This document shows, piece by piece, positions 8,929-17,348 of a stretch of 32,000 nt of DNA. Numbering within the stretch: the stretch's first letter is position 1; each line of letters begins with the position of its first letter. The stretch is from Nitrososphaerota archaeon (GTDB lineage Archaea > Thermoproteota > Nitrososphaeria > Nitrososphaerales > UBA57). Where the stretch lies: assembly GCA_013306035.1 (NCBI GenBank), contig JABUBF010000003.1:28850-60849 (forward strand), written 5' to 3'. A program made the position numbers and the translations under genes. The notes beneath the pieces were generated by a model. The model saw only the letters and a list, made by a program, of their open reading frames with translations. It did not search any database and was not told the DNA's origin.

Positions 8929-9942
8929 CTATTTTTTCCGCCTTTTCGACCCTAAAACCCTTTTTGCACCCAAATAAGCAATTGCTGAAGCTAACAATGT
9001 TGAAATCAATAATATAATTAGTAATTCTCTAAACATTGAAGAAGGATTAGGAATTATTGCGAAGACTGTTGCTAATGTATTCGGAACCAACACAGCTGTG
9101 CCCATTACTGTTAACCAAAGAATTATTGTGGAAAGACGATTTGTTATATTTGTTTGAACAACATTTACACCAGTTGCTAGAACTTCAAGTACTTGTTCTG
9201 CTAATTGAATCTGTCTATCTAAATCTGCTAATATTATATTAAATCTAGATAAAATTTCATCTTTATCACTTAACATCTCTGGATCACCATATCTTAATGA
9301 ATGTACAGTTGTATGTGTCGCCCATATAGCTGTTAAGAATGTAATTATTGATCTCCTTATATTCGACATCTCTTCAGTAATGTCCTCATTCATCGTCCTC
9401 TCATCAGTCATTTCAATTTCCAGTGTTTGGGCTTTTTCTACAATCAATCTTAGTGTGTCATAATTTCTTTCTGAAATCTCATCAATAATTCTAGCAAATA
9501 ATATAGTCTGTCTATCTGCCCATAATTCTTTACTATTTGGAAGCTTCTTCATTATTCCTTCAGCAAATCCAGAAAGACGAAGTAATTTCTCGGCTTCCTC
9601 ATCGTGTATCGAAATTATCTTGTCTTTTGCAATATAGATTAAAACTGATAGAGAATTCACATTGCCTCCAGAAAACTTGATTAACGGAACAGTAATTCCT
9701 AATACTTCTCCTGCATCTTCATAGTTTGAATAATATCCTCCCAGTACAGATGCCGGTTCTAATGGTATTCCGAATTCTTTCGCAATCTCCTTTGAATCTG
9801 TTTTTACATCATCTACTACGCATTCTAACCATGATAAAGAATATTCTTCAATCCTTGATCTAATATTGCTAATATTTTCTATTGTGTCTTTAACTGGTAT
9901 CCCGTCTTTTGATATTGCAGCCAGCTTCAGGTTTTTTATCAT
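8929..9942 (-). CDS. CorA-like divalent-cation transporter family protein without a GMN motif
   Basis: A large soluble N-terminal domain is followed by two C-terminal TM helices and a basic tail (KRVLGSKRRKK). The pre-loop P-x-T (LVPNTLATVF) aligns with CorA, but the position of YGMNF reads FAIIPNP. Confidence 0.55.
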   Translation of the reverse strand: MIKNLKLAAISKDGIPVKDTIENISNIRSRIEEYSLSWLECVVDDVKTDSKEIAKEFGIPLEPASVLGGYYSNYEDAGEVLGITVPLIKFSGGNVNSLSVLIYIAKDKIISIHDEEAEKLLRLSGFAEGIMKKLPNSKELWADRQTILFARIIDEISERNYDTLRLIVEKAQTLEIEMTDERTMNEDITEEMSNIRRSIITFLTAIWATHTTVHSLRYGDPEMLSDKDEILSRFNIILADLDRQIQLAEQVLEVLATGVNVVQTNITNRLSTIILWLTVMGTAVLVPNTLATVFAIIPNPSSMFRELLIILLISTLLASAIAYLGAKRVLGSKRRKK

Positions 9943-10026
9943 CGATATCTCCTGCTTAATTAAAAAGTACTATACATTATATTATTAACTCTAAAAATTC
10001 ATCTCTTCACACTTATCATTGATTGT

Positions 10027-10090
10027 ACGATGCCCGCATGATTCTTCATCCTCAAATGAGTCCAGATTGCCCGTCGATGCAACGGGCATC
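10027..10090 (-). other. GC-rich structured element with mutually exclusive pairings (candidate 5' leader or small RNA)
   Basis: On the minus strand, GAUGCCCG can pair either with the nearby ACGGGC (6-bp local hairpin) or with the distal CGGGCAUC (8 bp). CGGGCA occurs twice. The element lies between the cupredoxin stop and the CorA-like start. Confidence 0.35.
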
Positions 10091-10145
10091 ACACAAATAC
10101 CTAGTAAAAACCATATTATTAAAAATATTTCTTAATTAATGTTGA

Positions 10146-10487
10146 TTAGTTTACTGATATTGTACCTTTCATGTATGGATGTAACGTACAATAATAATGA
10201 AATTCTCCCTTCTCATTAAATTTATAGGAAATAATTCCCAATGTATCAACATCTTCTGATAAATCTATCTGTACCATTAAATTCTTCTCTATATTCTGCC
10301 CTGCGTCAGATGTAATATTATGACCCTCTAAATCCACATTAATCCAATAAACAGTTGTACCTTTAGCTATAGTGATCTCTTCAGGCTGATAATCAAATCT
10401 ATTAATTATTATCACTTCTAAATTCACAAATACAATTACTAATGATATAGATAATATCAGTAATCCAAAGAAAATTTCTTTCCTCAT
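10146..10487 (-). CDS. Small blue copper protein (cupredoxin, plastocyanin/amicyanin-like) with an N-terminal membrane anchor
   Basis: Type-1 copper ligand pattern: H in LEGHNITSD and C-x2-H-x2-M in YYCTLHPYMKG. The N-terminal hydrophobic helix is IFFGLLILSISLVIVFV. Confidence 0.85.
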   Translation of the reverse strand: MRKEIFFGLLILSISLVIVFVNLEVIIINRFDYQPEEITIAKGTTVYWINVDLEGHNITSDAGQNIEKNLMVQIDLSEDVDTLGIISYKFNEKGEFHYYCTLHPYMKGTISVN

Positions 10488-10532
10488 ACTTCTGATAAAT
10501 ATCTCTATTGTTTTTAATTCCTCGTTATTGAA

Positions 10533-10635
10533 GGCCGCCGGTGGGTTTCGAACCCACGACCTGAACCTATCTGCTTTTCTTGACCCACAGGGTCCTATGC
10601 TACCAACTACACCACGAATTGACTAATAATCGGCC
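10533..10635 (-). tRNA. tRNA-His(GUG) with two introns (acceptor stem 4/5 and canonical 37/38)
   Basis: Exons 10635-10631 (G-1 GCCG), 10617-10585 and 10568-10533 join to a 74-nt cloverleaf. It has an encoded G-1 opposite C73, the anticodon loop CUGUGGA, the T arm GUGGG UUCGAAA CCCAC and the acceptor GCCGUCG/CGGCGGC. The introns are 10630-10618 (13 nt) and 10584-10569 (16 nt). Each is bracketed by a 4-bp helix (UGGC/GUCA and CUGU/GCAG) with 3-nt bulges at the predicted cut sites. A second GGCCG at 10651-10647 could be an alternative 5' exon (see the rejected list). Confidence 0.85.
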
Positions 10636-10676
10636 ACGTGTACAGACGGCCTACAATAAAAAAGTACTAAGATTGA

Positions 10677-10682
10677 TTTAAA
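10677..10682 (-). promoter_or_regulatory. Candidate TATA element (TTTAAA) upstream of tRNA-His
   Basis: It lies 26-31 nt upstream of position 10651. This would place the transcription start near 10651 and give a leader of about 16 nt, which takes part in the acceptor-intron BHB helix. Confidence 0.3.
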
Positions 10683-10695
10683 GTTGCATGAAAAA

Positions 10696-11922
10696 TTAAT
10701 TATTTGTCAATATGTTCAACAATACTTCAGCATATACTTGCGATGATTCAACTAGTCTTTCTACTTCGATAAATTCATCAATTGTATGAGCTTGTTTGAT
10801 AAATCCTGGTCCATAAATTACTGATGGAATATTTCCTTGATTAACTAATATAGACATATCTGTAGTTGCTTTCATTCCTGATACTATTGGATTTATATTT
10901 AATATTTTATTTACAGCTCTTTTTACTTCTTGCACAATGGGTTCTGATTCTGAAACTTCTACTGCTTCTCTAATTGTATCTTTTTCTATATTGAATTTCA
11001 ATCTGTTATCTATTAGACGAAGGTTATCAAATCTTACTCTTAATTCATCTAGTATCTCATTAGGTTCTTCTTCTGGCAATGTTCTTCTATCTATCGAAAC
11101 TTTACATGAATCTGCAATCATGTTTTGTTTAGTACCTCCTTCAATCAACCCAACATTAATAGATGGATGACCAACTAAACTGTTATTTTTCCCCTCCAAT
11201 TCTTTGCTAATCTTATTAATTTCCTCAATCAGTCTCATCATGTTAATTATTGCATTGTTTGATTCTGTATCTGATTCACTTGAATGTTCTAATTTCCCAT
11301 ATGTGAAAATGTTGAACCATATAGTCCCTTTATGCGCTCGATAAATCTTTTCGTCTGAAGGTTCTCCAACTATTGCCATATCTGTTTTTATATTTTCTTC
11401 TAATACTTTTTGTGTTCCTAAACCGGTTGTTTCTTCTGCCATTACTCCTGTAAATATAATTTTTCCATTGAAATTTTCTACATTATTCATGATATATTTT
11501 ATTGCTATTATCATCGACGCAATAGAACCCTTCATATCAGTAGCACCTCTTCCAAATAATTTGCTATCTTTTATTATAGCTTTATACGGATCTGTATTCC
11601 ATTTTTCTATGTTTCCTATTGGAACTGTATCTATATGCCCATTAAACATAATTGATTTTTCTATGTTTCCTATTGGAACTGTATCTATATGCCCATTAAA
11701 CATAATTGATTTTCCATTGTTGCCCCCAAGTACTTCTGCAATTATATTTGGTCTCTTTGGCAGAACTTCTTGTAATCTCACTTTCATACCTAATGATTTT
11801 AAAATATCTGATAAATATTCACAAACTTCTTGTTCTCCTGCAATCTCATCACTTGGAATTCTTATTAATTCCTGTGCAAGATTTGTTATGTCTTTTTCTT
11901 TTATCTTTGACTTAATGTCCAA
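10696..11922 (-). CDS. M20-family metallopeptidase (ArgE/DapE-type deacylase) with an 18-aa tandem duplication
   Basis: Motifs are MFNGHIDTVP (metal-binding His/Asp), GRGATDMKG and MAEETTG. The block KSIMFNGHIDTVPIGNIE occurs twice in succession. Confidence 0.85.
   Translation of the reverse strand: MDIKSKIKEKDITNLAQELIRIPSDEIAGEQEVCEYLSDILKSLGMKVRLQEVLPKRPNIIAEVLGGNNGKSIMFNGHIDTVPIGNIEKSIMFNGHIDTVPIGNIEKWNTDPYKAIIKDSKLFGRGATDMKGSIASMIIAIKYIMNNVENFNGKIIFTGVMAEETTGLGTQKVLEENIKTDMAIVGEPSDEKIYRAHKGTIWFNIFTYGKLEHSSESDTESNNAIINMMRLIEEINKISKELEGKNNSLVGHPSINVGLIEGGTKQNMIADSCKVSIDRRTLPEEEPNEILDELRVRFDNLRLIDNRLKFNIEKDTIREAVEVSESEPIVQEVKRAVNKILNINPIVSGMKATTDMSILVNQGNIPSVIYGPGFIKQAHTIDEFIEVERLVESSQVYAEVLLNILTNN
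11602..11713. repeat. Direct tandem duplication, 2 x 54 bp (11602-11655 and 11656-11709, plus 4 nt), in frame
   Basis: The copies are identical by eye. The duplication covers the HIDTVP metal-ligand motif of the M20 peptidase. Confidence 0.95.
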
Positions 11923-11983
11923 AGCATAGTCAATTTACATTGTATAAACAGCTTTTATAATTGTTACCGATATATGTTATTCG

Positions 11984-12259
11984 ATGACTATGAATGCACG
12001 TCTGATTATAACTGGTAACGTTCAAGGTGTGGGATTTCGCGCATTTGTTCGAAATCGCGCTATTAAAAATAATGTTACTGGATGGGTGAAAAATCTCGAC
12101 GACGGCAGTGTAGAGGCTTTACTTTCAGGCTCCAAAGAAAATCTAGATAAATTAATTGAAATAACTCGCCGAGGCACTCCTTGGAGTAAAGTGTCAAATG
12201 TTGTAGTAACTTATAGTGAAGACCAAGAAGAATATTCTTTATTTGAAATTATATCCTAG
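11984..12259 (+). CDS. acyP: Acylphosphatase
   Basis: The 91-aa protein has the signature GNVQGVGFRAFV and GWVKNLDDGSVE. Confidence 0.9.
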   Translation: MTMNARLIITGNVQGVGFRAFVRNRAIKNNVTGWVKNLDDGSVEALLSGSKENLDKLIEITRRGTPWSKVSNVVVTYSEDQEEYSLFEIIS

Positions 12260-12268
12260 TATTTCTGA

Positions 12269-12901
12269 TTAATTAAATTTCTTTAATAGACTCTTTGTTC
12301 TCGAATCTAACAATCTTTCATTGATTATCTTAATATCTTCTGGTTCATCAAGATCTAATCTTATCGAATCCTCTAAATAAATCCAATGTTGTAGATTCCT
12401 AACTTTTATCATATCTAAATGTTTAAAGTAACTGTTATTATCATACGAAGTTCCTATGATATCTGGTGGACTCCTGAATAGTAGATTGGTTCCATTTTTC
12501 TTTCTTGATGGAGTAATAATTACCTGGTTGTCTTTTATTAAATTAAATAATTCATCTAATACTTTATTGTGTATTAATGGAATATCTCCTGGAATTACTA
12601 CTGTTGCATCAAATCCTTCTTCTATAAAATATCTATTCCCTAATTCAACGGCATTATCTACACCGTTAACTTCATTCTCTCTCAAATACGTAATATCATC
12701 GTAGTTTTCATATTGAGTTATTTCCTCTTCTGAAGATACTAATGCAATCTCTGTAAAATATTCTGATTTTATCAGCACATCACATATGTCAAACAACATA
12801 CTTCTAGACAGATCTCTTCTTTCTTCTAATGTACAAATTGATGATAATCTCTGTTTACTATCATTGAACTTCTTAACAGGTATAATTACTCCAATCTTCA
12901 T
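12269..12901 (-). CDS. cofC: 2-phospho-L-lactate guanylyltransferase (F420 biosynthesis)
   Basis: It has the N-terminal IIPVKKFNDSKQRLS motif and the right size. Its start overlaps the end of cofD by 4 nt. Confidence 0.75.
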   Translation of the reverse strand: MKIGVIIPVKKFNDSKQRLSSICTLEERRDLSRSMLFDICDVLIKSEYFTEIALVSSEEEITQYENYDDITYLRENEVNGVDNAVELGNRYFIEEGFDATVVIPGDIPLIHNKVLDELFNLIKDNQVIITPSRKKNGTNLLFRSPPDIIGTSYDNNSYFKHLDMIKVRNLQHWIYLEDSIRLDLDEPEDIKIINERLLDSRTKSLLKKFN

Positions 12902-13818
12902 TCTGAAATCTTCATCACTTCCTCTGCTAATTGTATCTCTTTTAATCTATCATTCATCATTATATCCGATACATGTGCAACTTTTCCAATCTTTTCAATC
13001 TCACTTATACTCTCCTTGTCAATTCTATCAATCACAATATCTGTCATAACATCTCTGTAATACTCGGCTACACCCATAACTGAGACCTCATATCCTTTCG
13101 CTTTCATCATTCTTCCTGCAGGTCCACTTATTGGTTTATTATTCATTATTGGACTAATCACGATCTTTTTAGTATTAGTTCTTTGTAACGCATCTCTAAT
13201 CTGTTTGATACATATTGTTGGACCTATACTTGATATCGGATTACCCGGCGAAATTATTATTTTATCTGCTTCCTCGATAGATTTGATTACATTCTGTGCT
13301 GGCTTTGCGTTATCTATTCCATTGTAAATCACATCAGATATTTCCGGCTTTCCTTTATTCTTAACCCAGAATTCCTGTAGATGCATTTCTCTATTATCTG
13401 TAATTATTGTTGTTTCTATCCTGTCATTAGACGCGGGAATAATCTTGTGTTTTATTCCAAATTCTTTTGATAATATATTCGTCACTTCTGTCAAATTCAA
13501 CCCATTTTTCATTAAATTCGTTCTTCTTACATGTGTTGCTAAATCCTTATCTCCAATCTGAAACCACGATTCTTCAGAAATCCCTCTTCTTGATTCTAAG
13601 AAATTGAACGTATCGTCCTTTATTCCCCACCCTCTCTTTATATCTAACTTGTTTGATAACCCATAAAGTGTAGTGTCTATGTCAGGACAAATATAAACTC
13701 CAAATAAATTAATATTGTCTCCTACATTCACAATTATATTGACTTCCTCTTTAATGATTGAATTTAATCCTCGTAATAATCTTATTGATCCAGTACCACC
13801 GGTAATTATTGTAATCAT
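12898..13818 (-). CDS. cofD: 2-phospho-L-lactate transferase (LPPG:FO transferase, F420 biosynthesis)
   Basis: It has the N-terminal ITGGTGSIRLLRGL and later ISPGNPISSIGP and ISPIM...ISGPAG blocks typical of the CofD family. Confidence 0.85.
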   Translation of the reverse strand: MITIITGGTGSIRLLRGLNSIIKEEVNIIVNVGDNINLFGVYICPDIDTTLYGLSNKLDIKRGWGIKDDTFNFLESRRGISEESWFQIGDKDLATHVRRTNLMKNGLNLTEVTNILSKEFGIKHKIIPASNDRIETTIITDNREMHLQEFWVKNKGKPEISDVIYNGIDNAKPAQNVIKSIEEADKIIISPGNPISSIGPTICIKQIRDALQRTNTKKIVISPIMNNKPISGPAGRMMKAKGYEVSVMGVAEYYRDVMTDIVIDRIDKESISEIEKIGKVAHVSDIMMNDRLKEIQLAEEVMKISE

Positions 13819-13842
13819 ATCTAATTCAATAAATTATTGATT

Positions 13843-14922
13843 CTATAAATCAGTCCATCTTGTTACTTTCATTGCTATCGCTATTGTTACTATTCCAATT
13901 GCAAACACAATACTGCAATTCCATAAAGCTGCTTGATAATTGCCATATATCATTATCTCTCTTAATCCATTGTTTAAATAAGTAAGAGGAAGTATTCTTG
14001 CGATTGCTTGAATAACCGTAGGCATTGTTTCTAATGGAAAAAACGTTCCTGATAGGAATAACATAGGGAATGTAACTACATTGCCTGCTGCATCTGCTTC
14101 TTCTTCTTCACGTACAACCGTCGAAATAATCATACCAAGTCCAGGAAATGTTAATGCACCTGATATAATCAGAATGATAATTACTGGATTCAAAATTATA
14201 TTTATATTAAAAACTAACACGGCAACAGTTAATATCACAATAGTTGAAATAATACCAATTAACATGTGATATAGAACTAATCCTATTATCCATTCAAATT
14301 TCGATAGTGGTGTAGTCGCTAATTTTTTTATTACTCCATTCTTTCTATATTTAGTATTTGTTCCAATTGTTCCAAATATTCCTGTTGACATTATTGCTAT
14401 TCCTATGACTCCTGGCACAAAGTATTCTATGAAACTAATATCATTCGAAGAAATCTGTTCCTGGATTAAAACAATTGGCTGTTCTACCCCTTGATTCTCG
14501 ACATTCATTGAATTTATTACCCCATTTATCAATGAACTCGTTCGTAAAAACGTTTGATGCGATTCATCCATGATTAACTTTATCGACGAATTTCCTTCTT
14601 CTAATCTTGATTCAAAATTCTTTGGTATTACAATTGTTCTAATTTGTTCTTCTAAATTCCCTTCATCATCTTCTATATTGAATGAATCTGTCTGATTAAT
14701 TAGTTGAATAATTCTCAATGAAGCCATTGACGGACTATCTTGATTCATGTCATTGTTCTCAATATATAGATCCATCTTATCCGATTGAAGAGAGAATAGT
14801 CCACCAAATAATAGCATTAATAGCAATGGAAATGCCAATGTCCAGAATAAAGTAGTCTTGTTTCTCCGCCACGCCTTGAAATGACCCTTGAACACAGTGA
14901 AAATTATTGAAGCAGTTCTCAT
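13843..14922 (-). CDS. ABC-2 type transporter permease
   Basis: An N-terminal TM helix is followed by a large extracytoplasmic loop and a C-terminal cluster of about five TM helices. It overlaps the upstream ATPase gene by 4 nt. Confidence 0.8.
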   Translation of the reverse strand: MRTASIIFTVFKGHFKAWRRNKTTLFWTLAFPLLLMLLFGGLFSLQSDKMDLYIENNDMNQDSPSMASLRIIQLINQTDSFNIEDDEGNLEEQIRTIVIPKNFESRLEEGNSSIKLIMDESHQTFLRTSSLINGVINSMNVENQGVEQPIVLIQEQISSNDISFIEYFVPGVIGIAIMSTGIFGTIGTNTKYRKNGVIKKLATTPLSKFEWIIGLVLYHMLIGIISTIVILTVAVLVFNINIILNPVIIILIISGALTFPGLGMIISTVVREEEEADAAGNVVTFPMLFLSGTFFPLETMPTVIQAIARILPLTYLNNGLREIMIYGNYQAALWNCSIVFAIGIVTIAIAMKVTRWTDL

Positions 14923-15842
14923 TTTGCCAACCCTTCCGCATTAATTCTTCTTCCCGTCAAATTCAAGAATACTTCATCAAGATTTGGTTTTTTTATCTCA
15001 ATCTCAACATTTGGGTCATTTGTTACAGCTGATAGTATGTTGAATAGTTGCTCGTTATTATCAAATATTATTTGTATCTGATTCTCTGTGTCTGTTTCAT
15101 ACTTTATTCCACGATCTTCTAATATCTTCTTATTACAATTCTTTAATATTACTGATTTATTTCCACCATAATTTTCAATTAATTCGTTTGGAGAGCCTCC
15201 TGCTACTATCTTTCCTTCTATTATGATAAGTATTCTATCTGATAATTCCTGGGCTTCTTCCATATAATGTGTTGTTAAAAAAATAGTTTTTCCCTGTTCT
15301 TTCAATTCCCTAATTAAATTCCAAGTCTCTCGTCTAGCTTGTGGATCTAATCCTGCAGTTGGTTCATCAAGAAATAATAATTCTGGTTCATTTATTAATG
15401 ATATTGCTATTCCTACTCTTTGTTTCGTTCCTCCTGATAATGTTTTATACATTGAATTCATTTTTTTTCTTAAACCAACTCGATCAATTAATTCATCAGT
15501 TGATACCTTGCTTGAATATAGTTCTCTAAAATATTCTAAATTTTCCTTGACCGTCAACCAATCAAATGCATTGAAATTTTGTGGCATGACTCCAATCCTT
15601 CTTTTCACATCATTTTGTTTTTTCTTATCTTTCAAATCTATCCCAAATACCTCTACTTTCCCCTTATCTGGCGTCTTTAAACATTCTATTATTTCCACTG
15701 TTGTGGTTTTACCTGCTCCATTTGGACCTAAAAGTGCAAATACTTCTCCCTCGTTTACTGTAAATGAAATCTCATCTACTGCAGTAGATTTATCATAGGT
15801 TTTCGTTAGGCCTTCAATATTTATTACTATATTATTTATCAA
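14919..15842 (-). CDS. ABC transporter ATP-binding protein
   Basis: Walker A is GPNGAGKTT, the signature is LSGGTKQR, and Walker B is LLFLDEPTAGLD. Confidence 0.95.
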   Translation of the reverse strand: MINNIVINIEGLTKTYDKSTAVDEISFTVNEGEVFALLGPNGAGKTTTVEIIECLKTPDKGKVEVFGIDLKDKKKQNDVKRRIGVMPQNFNAFDWLTVKENLEYFRELYSSKVSTDELIDRVGLRKKMNSMYKTLSGGTKQRVGIAISLINEPELLFLDEPTAGLDPQARRETWNLIRELKEQGKTIFLTTHYMEEAQELSDRILIIIEGKIVAGGSPNELIENYGGNKSVILKNCNKKILEDRGIKYETDTENQIQIIFDNNEQLFNILSAVTNDPNVEIEIKKPNLDEVFLNLTGRRINAEGLAK

Positions 15843-16222
15843 TCTCTAAATTTTCCCCCTAATTTTGATTCTTTTATCTCTCTATATGCTAATAAACTGA
15901 AAAATGCTAAAAAATACTGCAATATCGGTATAATTCTTGCTATTGTAGTTGCATCTCTATAAGTTAATGCAACAAAAACTGCTATAATCATTCCTAATAT
16001 GTATGCATATTTGTTTCTCTTCAAATAAGCTGGTGTTAGAGCAAGTTGCGTTATGTATATGGGAACGATTAACTCATTTGGAATTCCGTACATAAAAAAA
16101 CCACCTGTATCTAGGAAAATCAAAAACCCACTAAAAAAAACAAATATGGAAGATGTTAGAACCTTTTGAGAAATATTATTATTTATCCCTATTCGCCGAA
16201 AAGACTTGATTATACTGCTCAT
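15839..16222 (-). CDS. Small polytopic membrane protein, hypothetical
   Basis: It has three to four hydrophobic helices and overlaps the ABC ATPase start by 4 nt, so it is probably the first gene of that unit. Confidence 0.55.
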   Translation of the reverse strand: MSSIIKSFRRIGINNNISQKVLTSSIFVFFSGFLIFLDTGGFFMYGIPNELIVPIYITQLALTPAYLKRNKYAYILGMIIAVFVALTYRDATTIARIIPILQYFLAFFSLLAYREIKESKLGGKFRD

Positions 16223-16248
16223 AAAAGGGACTCCATGTATATCTACAC

Positions 16249-16629
16249 TTATGCTGCTTTATTTGCAATCCATGTTCTATTAGGTCCATCCCAATGAGTT
16301 ATGGGTAATTTTGAATTTAGAGGTATGCCCATTGAAGATTTTTTCTTTATAATTCCGTTTACACTTGCATCTTTATTATCAATATGATAGTCTAGCCACT
16401 GTTTCATACAATCAAAACTACAATAGCTTGGAGATGATGTTTTATTTGTACCCCATACTTCAAACATTTTACCGCAATTTTTACATTCTGTATTACCTTC
16501 TTTACTCACTGTAGCTGTCTCTTGACTTGATCCAGATAAAGTAGGCAATTTCATCTTTTTGTAATTTGCACCTAGTTCTGTTATCCATTCTCTTGAATCT
16601 TGTTCCCATCTAGTTACTGGTAATGCCAT
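16249..16629 (-). CDS. Hypothetical zinc-finger protein with matching N- and C-terminal motifs
   Basis: The central cysteine pattern is CKNC-x19-YCSFDC (FCS/TRASH-like). The termini share LPVTRWEQDSREWI and LPITHWDGPNRTWI. Confidence 0.5.
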   Translation of the reverse strand: MALPVTRWEQDSREWITELGANYKKMKLPTLSGSSQETATVSKEGNTECKNCGKMFEVWGTNKTSSPSYCSFDCMKQWLDYHIDNKDASVNGIIKKKSSMGIPLNSKLPITHWDGPNRTWIANKAA

Positions 16630-16672
16630 TATTTCTAATTCACCATCTGTTTACTAAAATATTTCTTCATTT

Positions 16673-17254
16673 TTATTCTATTACCACTATGTTATTTTCT
16701 GAATCACTCTTATTATCTTTATTTATGATAATTTCCAGTATGCCATTATTATATCTTGCTCGTGCCGAATTAGCTATTATTTTACCTGTTAACGGAATTT
16801 CTTTATAATAATTCTTTGAATTTATCGTCGTTACAAAAATTATTGACTCTTTTATCTCCACTTTAATGTCTGATTTTTCTACACCTGGTAATTCAATTAC
16901 AACCGTTACTGCATTCTTTCCTTCAATTATATCTACTAGCGGCTCACGTGATTCTGATACCTCTAGATTTTCTTCACCTTCTGAACTTGACTTTATATTG
17001 CCAAATTCATTAATCTCTGCTTTCCCATTTTCATCTATATTTATTGAATACCCATAAATAAATGCCTCAGATCTATGTCGGTCTTCAGATTCAATTTTGT
17101 TTATCATATTAACTAAATCGTCATTCATTTCATGCTCAAATTCTCTAAATATTTCTTCAAAACCATCTAAATCCTTGAATAAATCATTGAATATGGGCAT
17201 GAAGTATGGATAATTACTCTTTATTCGCTTGAAAAACTCATCTATATCTGTCAT
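16673..17254 (-). CDS. Small heat-shock protein, Hsp20/alpha-crystallin family
   Basis: The alpha-crystallin domain reads PLVDIIEGKNAVTVVIELPGVEKSDIKVEI...YYKEIPL...ARARYNNGILEIII. Confidence 0.85.
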   Translation of the reverse strand: MTDIDEFFKRIKSNYPYFMPIFNDLFKDLDGFEEIFREFEHEMNDDLVNMINKIESEDRHRSEAFIYGYSINIDENGKAEINEFGNIKSSSEGEENLEVSESREPLVDIIEGKNAVTVVIELPGVEKSDIKVEIKESIIFVTTINSKNYYKEIPLTGKIIANSARARYNNGILEIIINKDNKSDSENNIVVIE

Positions 17255-17348
17255 TTATTATACTATTTTGATATTTCTTTCCTTTAATAAAATTGTTTGT
17301 TATAAAATTAAAATCTTAAAAAATTAGTTAATCTATTGATAATGTAAT

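Noticed and set aside
10027-10090. C/D-box sRNA interpretation of the GC-rich intergenic element
   Set aside because: Only weak C-box-like strings are present (GUGAUGC and GGAUGAAG), and there is no CUGA D or D' box at the expected spacing on either strand.
10636-10651. Alternative tRNA-His model that uses the upstream GGCCG (10651-10647) as exon 1, with a 29-nt acceptor-stem intron
   Set aside because: It gives the same mature sequence, but the bulge-helix-bulge geometry fits only the downstream GGCCG (central helix UGGC/GUCA). With the upstream copy the central helix would start with an A:A mismatch. The upstream copy is kept as probable leader.
11468-11929. 153-aa plus-strand ORF antisense to the M20 peptidase gene
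   Set aside because: It is a shadow ORF. Its apparent internal repeat simply mirrors the 54-bp duplication, and it has no motifs.
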